Source: Nemertoderma westbladi
Lineage: Eukaryota > Animalia > Xenacoelomorpha
Direction of reading: 5' to 3'
Length of the DNA stretch: 64,000 nt
Assembly (NCBI GenBank): GCA_032718475.1
Contig: JAUCBJ010008061.1
Span: 1-64,000, forward strand
Both the position numbers and the translations under genes were made by a program. This document shows, in pieces, positions 50,401 to 61,358 of this stretch; the stretch's first letter is position 1, and each line of letters opens with the position of its first letter. Under the pieces are notes generated by a model that saw only the letters and a program-made list of their open reading frames with translations, was not told where the DNA came from and did not search any database.

Positions 50401-52915
50401 TCAAAGCCATAGAGGACAGGAAACCAGAATCGACCATGGATAATCCCACAACAGCCAAAGGGCAGGACATGGCGATTAAGAGAACAGAATCTCAGCAGAA
50501 GGCATTGGGAATCGTGTGGGATAGAAAGACAGACGAACTGAAGTATCAGCTGAGCCAGGAGGGCGCAGACATCCACACGAAGAGGGGCTATGTATCGTAT
50601 ATAGCAAGGATATACGATCCCCTAGGCCTAGCATCCCCATTATTAGTCACGGGGAAACAGATACTCAAGAGAGTATACAAATTGAAAGATGAGTGGGACG
50701 TAGAGGTACCAGAGGAAATCAAGAGACAGTGGAGCAAGTGGACAGGAAACTTGGAGAAGATGGGAACATACAACATGCCAAGGGTGTATTTCCCGGATGG
50801 GAACATGACGAATCTGGACCTACACATGTTCTCCGACGCGTCGTTGGAAGCGTACGGAGCGGCACTCTACTTAGTACAACGAGAGGGGGCTCATAAGCCA
50901 AGACTAGCCTTTAGCAAAGCAAAGTCAACGCCGCCAGATTCAGCATCAGTTCCCAAGTTAGAATTGACAGCTGCGAGACTAGGAGTAAGAGCCACAGCCT
51001 ACCTAGTGGATACTATTCCCAACATAGTGGAGACACACTACTGGACGGACTCCATGGTAGTGCTTGGTTGGCTACACAACGAAAGGACGAGATACCCGAT
51101 ATTCGTCGCGAATAGAGTGGTCGAAATAAGGGCGAGCACAGAACTGGAAAGGTGGCACTACTGCCCAACAGACGAGAACCCAGCACTGTCGAGGCACTGT
51201 CGAGGGGCGTGGAACGCCACACTTTCCGGAAGAAGGAAGTATTGTGGCAACATGGGCCACAATTCCTGAGCGATAGGGAGGCCTGGCCGCCGATGAGGAA
51301 GGTGGACCCCGGCTCGGAAGTAGTATCAGAAGGAGAAGAGGGAGATTCAGAGGGAGAAGAGATATACTCCCAGATGGTGAGGGAGATTAGGGACGTGCAA
51401 CCAGGAAAGGAACTGTGCGATAACCCGACGGATAAACTCCTCAGCTACAGTTCTAGTTGGTATAAGACCAAGAAACTAGTGGTGTACTGGAGAGCCTTCG
51501 GGAATTTCCTTGCGGGAGTTGGCAAGGACAAGAAGATCAGGACAACCATAGATCTGGAAGGAGCGGCCAAGGCAGTGATCCGCTATGAACAACGGAAGAA
51601 CTACGGCGACGAGGTGGAACGCGTCGGTAACCAACAGCACCTCCGACGGGACAGCGAGCTGATCACGCTGTCGCCACAACTCAATGACGACGGGATTCTA
51701 GTAATGAATTCTAGGGTGGGATACAACAACAGCATATTGGTACCACCGAAACCCATCATCATTCCTACAGGATCGCCAATAGTCCACCAGATTATATGGG
51801 ACTCCCACAAATCGATATTGCATGGGGGCACCAACCGAACCTTCACAGAGATAAGGAGGACCTATTGGGTCAAACAATTAAGGAAGAAGGTTAAAGCGGT
51901 AGTGGGGCAGTGCCAGACCTGCCGACGAGCGAAGAAGGAGCGAGCCATACAGGAGATGGCGCCACTACCGGCGAGTAGGGTAAGACAGCACGACCCGCCA
52001 TTTACACATTGCGGTGTGGACATGTTCGGGCCGATAAAGATCAAAGTGATGCGACACACGGAGAAACGCTACGGCATTATCTTCGTATGCAACAATACGC
52101 GGGCGGTAGGGATAGAACTCGCCCAAGATGCAACCGCATCAGCGTTCATTAACGCCTTAGAAAGATTTAGGGACCGCAAAGGTGGGATGATCGCAGTGAT
52201 ATACAGCGACAACGGCACCAACTTTGTGGGCGCAGAGAGTGAGATGGCAGAGGCCTTGGACATCTTGGAGGGGGAAGAAGTCAGGGCAGCCATGAGACGA
52301 CGACAAGTAAAGTGGGAGAGAAGGACGCCGTATGCACCACATACACTAGGATGCGTCGAGAGACTAGTGGGCAGTTCAAAGCGTCTAATGACGAAGCTAA
52401 TGAATACCCACATGGTCACTGAGGACGTCTTACGGACAGTACTTGCGAAGTGCGAGGGGATCATTAATAGCAGACCGCTATACCCGGAGAATGATGACCC
52501 TGAGTCACTAGACGTGCTAACGCCTAGCCATTTCCTAATGGAAAGGCCAGCGACCATCGATATGCGGGGTGTAGACCCAGATGACATACACTCCCGCCAA
52601 AGTTGGAAAGTCGCTAAAGCAATAAGCGCAGAGTATTGGAGGAGGTGGGTCGAGGAATACCTACCCACACTCCATAAGCGAAGCAAGTGGAGGAAGTCAA
52701 ACAGGGAGTTAAGAGAGGGAGATCTCGTAATCGTTACGGATGATACTATCATCAACAACCAATGGCGGTTGGCGAGAGTTGTAGGCACCTACTCCGACGA
52801 GGACGGAAGAGTCCGATCGGTAGAAGTGCGGATAGGTGGAAAGATAGGTGCGAAGGACAGAAAAACCTACAGGAGAGCTGTAGGTAAATGCTGTCTATTA
52901 GAAGGGGCACCTTAG
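44464..52915 (+). CDS. Bel/Pao gag-pol polyprotein (one stop and several frameshifts in this sequence)
   Basis: Capsid IELPPVEPFKFDG, CSRCVMSGHRAREC knuckle, protease LVDSGA, RT FYVDDG, RNase H FSDAS/YWTDS, integrase H..H..CQTC with GVDMFG/SDNGTN/VERLVG, and WVEEYLPTL. The PR-RT-RH-IN order and motifs are Bel/Pao. Confidence 0.95.
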
Positions 52916-53029
52916 CAGAGTTAGAGAAAAGTTTAGTCGTCCAAGTTTTGGACTGAGGGGGGTGGGATTGAGGGCGAGACGCCCTTCCCACAAACAAAAT
53001 AATAAAAATAAAAAAAATAGTACATGGTA

Positions 53030-53490
53030 GGTACGCAGTTAGTAGGCAGAGACTACGGGAGTTAGTTAGTAAGAAGGTACGTAGTACCTAGTTAGTTAGT
53101 TAGTTAGAAGGTACGTAGTACCGCCAGTCAGAGAGTTAGTTAGAGGGTACGTAGTACCTAGTTAGTTAGTTAGTTAGTTAGAAGGTACGTAGTACCGCCA
53201 GTCAGAGAGTTAGTTAGAGGGTACGTAAGTACCGTTAGTTAGTTAGTTAGGAGGTACGTAAGTACCACCAGTTAGAGAGAGTTAGAGGGTACGTAGTACC
53301 GATAGTTAGTTAGAGAGTTAGAGGGTACGTAGTACCGATAGTTAGTTAGAGAGTTAGAGGGTACGTAGTACCAATAGTTAGTTAGAGAGTTAGAGGGTAC
53401 ATAGTACCGATAGTCAGTTAGAGAGTTAGAGGGTACGTAGTACCGATAGTTAGTTAGAGAGTTAGAGGGTACGTAAGTACCGTTAGTTAG
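53030..53490 (+). repeat. Tandem array of GGTACGTAGTACC mini-hairpins with TTAG/GAGA spacers
   Basis: About 13 units of 30-40 bp downstream of pol. Confidence 0.9.
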
Positions 53491-53978
53491 AAGAGAGGGA
53501 GTAAGAGGTAAAAAAGGGGATATAGATATAGGTATTAGTTAGCAATTAGTAGAGAGAGGGGGGCATATGAATACAGCTGGATAAATCGTGTGGCCACACG
53601 ACGCATACTGCTGTACTGCATAGGCCCACAGAGTAGGCCAGAATGTGGATTAGAGAATAGAATAATCCATAGGCAGTAGTAAGTAGTGGGACAGTAGAAT
53701 CAAAGTAAATGGATAAATAAATAAAATAGGGCTGAAAATTGTAAAATAGTGGCAACACAAGGGAAGTTATTCTAGAACATAATAAAAGTAACGGACAGAA
53801 ATTGTAAATTACGCTCATTTACTAGCTTCAAAATTAATTAGGAATAATTTAGGTTAAAAGGCGCAGTTAAGTAGAAATAGGCCATTATCGAACTGTACAG
53901 AACATCCTAGATACATCACTCATCTGTATTGCGCCTTGGTAAGGCACCACCTTGCAGGTGAGCGAGTGAACGTTCGGA

Positions 53979-55247
53979 ATGGCGAGTAAGTTGATCAGAA
54001 AGAGAAATGCGGAGTCAGGAGGAAAGGAGATACTGGTGGATTTCACCGAGAGGCATCCGGAAGAGAAGACGAGAGGATACTACAAGAGGTTGGAAAGGGG
54101 TCACGCGGTACGAGCGCTGCAGGATCACTTCCGGGAGGCGCACGAACAGCGGCTGGTCGGGACCTACGGGACCCCGTCGCTGGACAACGCGATCTTCCAA
54201 CACTTCCACTACGTGGTGAAAGGGGACGAGGCGAAGTTCGGGATTCCGAAATACCCGAGGGAATCACCGAGGAAGGACTGGAAGAGATTCATAGAGTCCA
54301 TCAACAGAGGAGGATATATGATCCTAGATGACGAGGGAACCGTGGAAGACGAGGCGGGTTCGAGACGAGGAACGGCAGGGTCGGCCAGGACCATACTCCT
54401 ACATTTGGCCGCGCCAAATGGGGACATCTTCTTATTCGACCTAGGGACGTATGGGAAGAAGGACGGGCCGAAATTAGACCGATTACCGAAAGCGGTACAA
54501 GTCTTAGTAAGAGAAAAGTCGACGACGAAAGTGGGATTGGCGATTCGCGAGGACGCGGAGAGGATCATCGGTCCGGACGCCACCAACCTCCTGGATATGC
54601 AGAAAGTCTTTATGGCTATGACGGCACCGGATGGATTGGGGGTAGTCGGAAACACAGGCCAATGCGGGGCGGTGGCGATGGGCCAATTATTGGGGCTCGT
54701 ATGCCACAAACCGATGGACTGGGGGAAGTTTAGGGAAGAATACGGAGCAGAACTAGCGAACTCGCTAAAGTGGGGAGCGAGACCGGGAAAGCAGGAGGTA
54801 TATCAGTTCCGCAGGGGAGCGATAAAGGTATATCAGAAGCGATATATCCTGCAGGAGGACTGGATGATGATAAGTTTGCTTAACTTATTCATGACCGTGA
54901 TTATCGAGAGGGAACCAGGGGCATTTCTGTTATCGGGATCACCCCTAAGATACAGGAGAGCCTTTAAAGTGGCCTTTGACGGTCTGGTAGACCACCCGGG
55001 GCTGAAGGGCGAGTCGGTGTATTACAACAGCCGACATCTGGTAGACGGGGAGACAGACACACCATATCAGAGATGGGAGCAGCTAGAGACGGATAGACGA
55101 GAAGCAAAGCGACTGGAAGAAGTCGCTAGACGGGAGAGGATAGAAGCAGAAGAGAGGGAAGAGGAGGCCAGGACACAGAGTTACGGCTTCGAGGAACAGG
55201 CGGGCCTAGATGAACTTCATTGGACTTCGTCAGGGAGTTCGGGGTAG
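53979..55247 (+). CDS. Extra ORF3, part 1: WRN/RNase D-like DEDDy 3'-5' exonuclease domain
   Basis: ExoI ILDDEG, LLHLAAPNGDIFLFDL, LPKAVQVLV..TKVGLAIREDAERI (ExoII), LLDMQ, MGQLLGLVCHK, QKRYILQE (ExoIII with E in place of D). Confidence 0.75.
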   Translation: MASKLIRKRNAESGGKEILVDFTERHPEEKTRGYYKRLERGHAVRALQDHFREAHEQRLVGTYGTPSLDNAIFQHFHYVVKGDEAKFGIPKYPRESPRKDWKRFIESINRGGYMILDDEGTVEDEAGSRRGTAGSARTILLHLAAPNGDIFLFDLGTYGKKDGPKLDRLPKAVQVLVREKSTTKVGLAIREDAERIIGPDATNLLDMQKVFMAMTAPDGLGVVGNTGQCGAVAMGQLLGLVCHKPMDWGKFREEYGAELANSLKWGARPGKQEVYQFRRGAIKVYQKRYILQEDWMMISLLNLFMTVIIEREPGAFLLSGSPLRYRRAFKVAFDGLVDHPGLKGESVYYNSRHLVDGETDTPYQRWEQLETDRREAKRLEEVARRERIEAEEREEEARTQSYGFEEQAGLDELHWTSSGSSG

Positions 55248-55598
55248 TCTCTAGGGCAAGAATTGGGATGGACAGTGGGATCGCCGAAACAGTCGACGTC
55301 GGGGTTGCGAACGATGCCCATACCAGCGGGCGCCGAGGGCGACCAACCGCCAAGGAAGTTAAGGGAGCTAGAGTGATGGAGAGCTACGGGCGAGAGCCAA
55401 GGCGGGATGGGACATAGTGGATCCATCGGGATACCGGGATTGGAGACACTACCAGAAGAGGAGGACGACGACGACGAGTTCGGAGAGATGCCGCCCATCG
55501 AGAGGATAGGCCACTCGGACACGGACTGGGTTGGCGGAAGGGTGGTGACGGCCAGTGGGGCGAGGGCCTTCTGGAACAGATCCGGCAAGCGGACCTAG

Positions 55599-56294
55599 GT
55601 GCACGAGGAGCCGGCGATTGATTTCGCGGGGAGCACCATCAGGTTGGGCGAGCAACCGGGGACGGCACCACGGATAGTATTCGGGGAGACGATGCCCGAG
55701 AGGGGCGGAGAGATCGACGTAAACAGGGAGACCAACGTAGAGAAGTTCGCCTACCAGCGACTCCACAGACCGCGGAGATCGCTTGGGACGAAAGACGAGG
55801 TGGGACGGGAGACATTGGTACTCGGCTGCGACTACTGTGGGAGACAGACCCATCGGGAAAGTAGCTGTCTATGCCGGTTCCAACAGGGAACCTTTTGTCT
55901 CTACTGCAGAGAACCAAGCCACAGGATGGGGGCGTGTCCACGGTTGCATAACCGATGTCCAAAGTGCCACTTTCGGGGACACTACGGACGCGAGTGCGAC
56001 TGGATGAACGACGAGGAGAAGTTCACAAGATTCGAGGAGTGGGCCGACGTCGGGGCCATGACGCGCCAGCGCATGAAGGCCCAGGAGTTCAAGTGGGGTT
56101 TCTTCCTTATCAATCAGGAGACTCACATGGAAATCATAAAGCGGAGGCTACCGTTTACCTACCAAGAGGTAGCAACGGCGGCGTCGTACGCTGGAGTGAT
56201 GAACACGCAAAGGTATCTGGACAGGTGGACGCCAGAGAACCGAAGGGAGTTTAGGGATTTCTTGGCGGAGCACGTACCAAAGGCAATAAAATGA
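55599..56294 (+). CDS. Extra ORF3, part 2: three CCHC zinc knuckles, same frame as part 1
   Basis: CDYCGRQTHRESSC, CLYCREPSHRMGAC and CPKCHFRGHYGREC are all CX2CX4HX4C. Confidence 0.8.
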   Translation: MHEEPAIDFAGSTIRLGEQPGTAPRIVFGETMPERGGEIDVNRETNVEKFAYQRLHRPRRSLGTKDEVGRETLVLGCDYCGRQTHRESSCLCRFQQGTFCLYCREPSHRMGACPRLHNRCPKCHFRGHYGRECDWMNDEEKFTRFEEWADVGAMTRQRMKAQEFKWGFFLINQETHMEIIKRRLPFTYQEVATAASYAGVMNTQRYLDRWTPENRREFRDFLAEHVPKAIK

Positions 56295-57259
56295 TCCTAT
56301 GGGACGCCACTAGAGGGAGACAACCGGTTGAGGTTGAGGGACGGAATAATAGTGCGGAGTGCGGAGAGAGTGCGGACGCGATTCTAGTGTGGGGGGGGGG
56401 GGAGAATAAGAGGCTGAGTAAGGGACGAGGAGGTCCGAGTGTGAGAGAGTTAGGGTGAGAGTGAAGAAGAGATAGGGCGGAAGTGTTGGGGAAACAAAAG
56501 TTGCGTGGGAGGTGAGCGCGATCGGCCTGACATGAGACGCCAGGCACACAGGGTAGCGTTATCATACCCATAGGGGGCGGCCTGGAAAGCCGACTCCGAG
56601 AGAAAAGAATTCCACCCCACACTCGATACTAGATCGGGATCCAGCGGGATTGTAGCGCACTTTTGGTTGATGCTATCTTCTTACCGGGAAGATAGCATGG
56701 GGGGAGTGTTAGCTTATTCAATCCCGCTAACACCCCATAAAGTTATAAGCCGATAAGCAATATTGGGAGCCACGAGATTGGGTAATTAACCAACTCATGC
56801 CATCCCAATAAGAATGGGAAGGAAGCACACAATAGAGGGTCAGGGGCCAAACCCCTAACCCAGAGAGAACAGGAGGAGTGAACGGGAACACTCCAAAGGC
56901 CGCCAACAAGGGTATCAACCAATCAGAGGGGGGAAAGGCATCGATTAGGTAGAGTAACAAGGCCAACCGTGCAATATAGCCACTTGGCAGTAATATTACC
57001 AGTTCAGTTATCTCAGTGCAATACCGGTGCTAGTTAGGTTATTACATAGTTTTAGATAGGGAAGGACCGGGACTTTAGTTACCGTATCCCGCCTTCCGTA
57101 TACGACAATATTATCTCATACTATATCTATATCTATATTCACATGTTATATTATATACGACAAACAACATCAGAACTCGTTTCACTCTTTATACACGGCG
57201 GGGACGCGTGAACTAAAACCGGATAAACCGGGATCCCTCTTGGATCCCGTCACATACCG

Positions 57260-57344
57260 GGTAAATTGTTTCATAATGCTTTGCTTTAAATTCAGTCTGT
57301 ATTGGCTGTGTAGAAAATAAATCTAATTCCTTAATAATTGACAT
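57260..57344 (-). CDS. Major capsid protein, 5' part
   Basis: MSIIKELDLFSTQPIQTE..YP reads in frame into 43832-42658 after removing element B and one TSD copy (1260 nt, 419 aa). Confidence 0.85.
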
Positions 57345-57497
57345 TATTAAAAAATACTTTTTTCGCAGTGTTTCAGTTTGCCTTTAATTTTTCTATTTTT
57401 ACTACGACGATGATGTATGTTCATAGACATTGGTCTAGTCGGTCGCTTTAAATCTCTATAAACTTTTTCTACAACCGATCTTGTTGATGGTTTCATT

Positions 57498-57872
57498 TTA
57501 TTTAACCCGCTTACCTTTTGGTATCACATGTTGTCTCATAAATTTTGCGGTAAATGGTAAAGCTTTTTGTAAAACTTTTTTTGCTAATGGCTTCCCAAAT
57601 TTTTTCAATGTAGATAAAGCGTCTGTAAATATACCTTCCCCGTGTTGATTTGTTCGCATCATACCTCTACGATAACATTGAAATCGACGTTGTTTTAAAT
57701 TTGGACCAAATGTACCAATTTGTTGACTGTAAGGGTCAATATATGAACCACCTCGAAAAACAGAAACTTGCGTCGAACCTCTCGTACTTCTACCACCTTT
57801 AAAAACAGCAAGATTAGAGTCTGCACCACCATATTGAGGTTTACTGTATCTTTGAAATAAATCGGAATCCAT
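57498..57872 (-). CDS. Basic core-protein-like ORF with adenain-type xGG cleavage motifs
   Basis: YGGA, FKGG, FRGG, QHGEGIF followed by a basic amphipathic helix; located next to the MCP. Confidence 0.6.
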   Translation of the reverse strand: MDSDLFQRYSKPQYGGADSNLAVFKGGRSTRGSTQVSVFRGGSYIDPYSQQIGTFGPNLKQRRFQCYRRGMMRTNQHGEGIFTDALSTLKKFGKPLAKKVLQKALPFTAKFMRQHVIPKGKRVK

Positions 57873-57877
57873 TTTAA

Positions 57878-58727
57878 TTTATTTTTTTAAAGTGTAAGGT
57901 AATAGAAGTTGTGCCGTATTCAAAATTCAAATCTTTTCATTCTTTGTCTGTTATTTCAATATGAATGTATGTTATCTTATATGATTTTTTACAGGGATAT
58001 AATGAATTGTATCCTTGGCAAATTCTTTATTTATTACACTACCATATTTCACGTCATCAGGTATCGCCACGCGACGAAGTAAAGCTAAACCAAAATCATT
58101 AATATATTCATTTTCAATTATATTAGTAGTCACATACATGTTCAACTTAGGTTCTGGAATAGAATTGGGTGGTTGAGGGCATAAAAATACCATCTGGTAA
58201 GCTTTTTCTTCATTTCCGATAATTTTTATTAAATAACCCTTTATATTATTTTTCGTCTTCAAAATAATTTTAAAATTTGGATTTAAATTCGCACCGAGAT
58301 TATTTTCAGTAATTCCAAAATAATAGGCTAATTGTTGACCTATAAATAACTTTCGTACAGTTTTCCCTAAAATAAATTGCAACCTATTTTGCTGAGTATT
58401 TTCAACTATTTGTAATTTATCTTTCAATGCCCCAGTGTTAAAATAATCTATAATGTCATTGATACTGTAGAACAAGCCGGATGGAAGTGTATCCTCAAAA
58501 TTTTTTTTCCCTTTTTTTAATAAAATAACATTCTCTACATTGTTATACATGGATGGTAACGTGGCTAAGTAAAATATACTTTTTATACCTACCACCCAGT
58601 TTTCGTTTGGGTTTATAGGTAAGGCACCATGGAAATTGATCTGATAATTACTACCAGTATTACGGGGAAAATCAATTGGACACGAGTTACTTGGTAGCCT
58701 AACATAGAACTCATCCATCACCATCAC
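57878..58727 (-). pseudogene. Minor capsid (penton-like) protein, copy 2, with a broken C-terminus
   Basis: FYVRLPSNS..FPRNTGSNY..WVVGI, YVTTNIIE..LLRRV. The tail IEITDKE*KDLNFEYGTTSITLHFK is in another frame and contains a stop. Confidence 0.8.
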
Positions 58728-59580
58728 GTATTAACTTAAGTGTTATAACAGTGCGACCACCGTTGAAATTAATTAATTCACCTTGACCGTCACGTAAAGT
58801 AATTAAGATTGTTTTTAGTTTTTTATTCAACAACGGGTAATAGCAAATGCTCTCGTATTCGTGATTAATATATTTTCGATTTAATTGTGTTAAAGGACAG
58901 GTTCTTAAGAGCGGAGCTAAAGCATCACCAACAAATGAGCTCTTAATAATATCTGTATATATGAAGATTGTATCTTTATTACGAGTAATATTTGTGGGAT
59001 TTGGAAAATCTAAAATCCCAATTTCCGAAATTTTTGGTCCACTATAATTTAAAATTAATATCGGCTGTTCTATATTGCTTAATTCATCCACTGTAGTGGT
59101 ACTGTATATATCCCAATTCGGAATACCTGGATGATTCTGATCCAATAACTGTTTTAAGCCTAGAATTTGTATTAAATCACCACGTAGACTTAATTGTATT
59201 TTTTTCAACTTTTTAGGAAATTTAAATTTAATTCTAGAATTATTTGTATTAAAAATGAATTCGAAATCTCTATATTTCGCTTCAGAATTAAACAGTTTAT
59301 TTATATCATCAATAATGACTTGAATAGAGCTATGCATACCAGGAAATAAACTGTATAATTTGGCATCTTTTGCATCTACCCCGATTGACAGCGAGATTTG
59401 AGTTTGCAGAGTAATATTACTGTACGTTGCTTGGTATTGAATCTCGGCGAGTCCAATTTTAGCGTTTGAACCAATATATAATTCTTCAGCTAAATCAACA
59501 GTAAACTCGCTAGGGTTATTATTGGGGTATGTGTTTAATGAGCTATCTGAAACTAGAGTGATATATGTATCTACAGCCAT
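58711..59580 (-). CDS. Minor capsid (penton-like) protein, copy 1
   Basis: YITLVSDSSLNTYPNNNPSEFTVDL..IGLAEI, FIYTDII..VGD..APLLR, ITLRDGQGELINFNGG. Confidence 0.85.
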   Translation of the reverse strand: MAVDTYITLVSDSSLNTYPNNNPSEFTVDLAEELYIGSNAKIGLAEIQYQATYSNITLQTQISLSIGVDAKDAKLYSLFPGMHSSIQVIIDDINKLFNSEAKYRDFEFIFNTNNSRIKFKFPKKLKKIQLSLRGDLIQILGLKQLLDQNHPGIPNWDIYSTTTVDELSNIEQPILILNYSGPKISEIGILDFPNPTNITRNKDTIFIYTDIIKSSFVGDALAPLLRTCPLTQLNRKYINHEYESICYYPLLNKKLKTILITLRDGQGELINFNGGRTVITLKLIRDGDG

Positions 59581-59592
59581 TATTATTATTAT

Positions 59593-60015
59593 TTAAGCTC
59601 TCTCTGCTTGACTCCTTTGTACATACAGTATGGTACAATGTTAAACTATAGACATCTGTGACCACGTTCATTGTTTCTACAGTATATGCGAGAGATCAAT
59701 ATTTAAAGCGAATGAACTATAGATATTAGACTTACAACATAGTAATATCATTCGAGTTAATATTGATTAATTACGATCATATGTGACCATTATTCGCTTA
59801 AGCTCTCTCTACTTGACTCCTTTGTACATACAGTACGGTATAATGTTAAATTATTAGACATCTGTGACCACGTTCGTTGCCGCTTCTACAGTATATGCGA
59901 GGGATCAATATTTTACTGGCTTTATTTAAAGCGAATGAACTATAGATATTAGACTTACAGTATAGTATAGTAATATCATTCGAGTTAATATTGATTAATT
60001 ACAGTCATATGTGAC
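59593..60015. repeat. ~200-bp tandem duplication between integrase and penton genes
   Basis: Units begin TTAAGCTCTCTCT.CTTGACTCC at ~59593 and ~59799. Confidence 0.85.
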
Positions 60016-60048
60016 TAAAATGAATTAATATACAGTATAAACCTAAAC

Positions 60049-61137
60049 TTATTGAATATGCTGTACCCACGATTGTTTCTTGGATCCAATGAATCGGACT
60101 AAATATTCTTTTTTCCCATTGCGCACACGTTCTTTAAGTTTGCCAATATTTTTGTCAATCGGAAGATAAATATTACTATTCGGGTGGACCTTTTGGAGTT
60201 CGTATGAATAAAATAGCCCATTTATTATAGCACCTGCGCTGTCCTTAATATCGAACATTACCGCTGGTACTCTATCCAATCTAACCCGATGAATAATAAA
60301 TAATTCACGTGTCCATTGTTCTCGATAGCCTTTAGCAAAAGCAGTATGCGCGATAGATAATTGTACTGTATCTCCAACTTTAAATTTTATTTTCTTGTGA
60401 TTAATCTGTCTATATTTCCCATATAATCTATTCATTAATTCAGTTTCATTAAATTTATTAACTTCAATGGGCGTCATTTGTATTGTCCTATGATATGACC
60501 TATTATAAGCCAAGATAAGCTTCGGTAAAATTTTTATCCAAACATTATTTCCCCGTTGCGTGAAAATTCTGAACATCTTTGTTTTTAATGTTCTATTGAA
60601 TCTCTCGACAATAGCCGCCTTATTCACAGAGTACATTACGTAATACTGTATACCAATAGTATCTAAATATTTCCTTACAGATTTATTTAGAAACTCAGAA
60701 CCTTGATCAGTCGCGATTCTGTTTTGTTTACCTTTCTGGAATATTTTTTGCAATATACTAATAATTTCAATACCTGTTTTTGTCTTCATACCATAGGCAA
60801 AAGCAAGCCGGCTAAAGGCATCAATACATGTTAATATATAGTTATAATTATTATTTTGTGATTTATATTGCTGCATATCCACCAGATCTATCATATATAT
60901 ATCTTTTAACCCTCCCGTAAATATTTTAGATGTTGGATAACGATGTCTACGTGGTGCGTTAAGGGAGTATGTCTTTTGCCCACTCAACCATTTCTGAGCT
61001 TGAGCTAGTTTGATGTTTGCGGCTTTTGCTAATTTTGCGATACTTGCAAAACCCGCAGGGGATGAAGGATCTAAATAAATTCTTAACAGTTTTTTGTCTA
61101 AGCTTCGGCTTAAAATCGGGCTCATCTTGCGTGGCAT
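60049..61137 (-). CDS. Maverick retroviral-type integrase with a truncated chromo-like tail
   Basis: YLDPSSPAGF, IDLVDM..CIDAFSR, TDQGSEF, VERFNRTLK, YN..YHRTI, EYLVRFIG. Confidence 0.95.
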   Translation of the reverse strand: MPRKMSPILSRSLDKKLLRIYLDPSSPAGFASIAKLAKAANIKLAQAQKWLSGQKTYSLNAPRRHRYPTSKIFTGGLKDIYMIDLVDMQQYKSQNNNYNYILTCIDAFSRLAFAYGMKTKTGIEIISILQKIFQKGKQNRIATDQGSEFLNKSVRKYLDTIGIQYYVMYSVNKAAIVERFNRTLKTKMFRIFTQRGNNVWIKILPKLILAYNRSYHRTIQMTPIEVNKFNETELMNRLYGKYRQINHKKIKFKVGDTVQLSIAHTAFAKGYREQWTRELFIIHRVRLDRVPAVMFDIKDSAGAIINGLFYSYELQKVHPNSNIYLPIDKNIGKLKERVRNGKKEYLVRFIGSKKQSWVQHIQ

Positions 61138-61358
61138 CTTTTCGACAACCGCAAGTAATATGTATATTCAAATCTCTTATAAAGGGCATCACCGTAAAAA
61201 CAGCTGAAATTTTTTTATTTTCTTTGAAGTTGATGTTTTGAAGGGTTTTCTTTTTGTAGTATTTACTCTAGGTATATCTTGAGGTTTTAAATCAGTAGCT
61301 AACAGTTTACTCGATACTAAATATAATTTTCTAAATGTTACACCCGTTTTAACCATTA

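Larger units (their letters stand above)
43833..57254 (+). mobile_element. Full-length 13.4-kb Bel/Pao LTR retrotransposon (element B)
   Basis: 548-bp LTRs at 43833-44380 and 56707-57254 with about 5 differences by eye. TSD TACCG. PPT GGGGGGAG at 56699-56706. Confidence 0.97.

Noticed and set aside
53030-53490. CRISPR-like palindromic repeats
   Set aside because: The spacers are short, repetitive TTAG/GAGA sequence, and the array lies inside an LTR element.
53979-56294. Envelope gene
   Set aside because: No signal peptide, TM helix or glycoprotein features; the motifs fit an exonuclease and CCHC knuckles.
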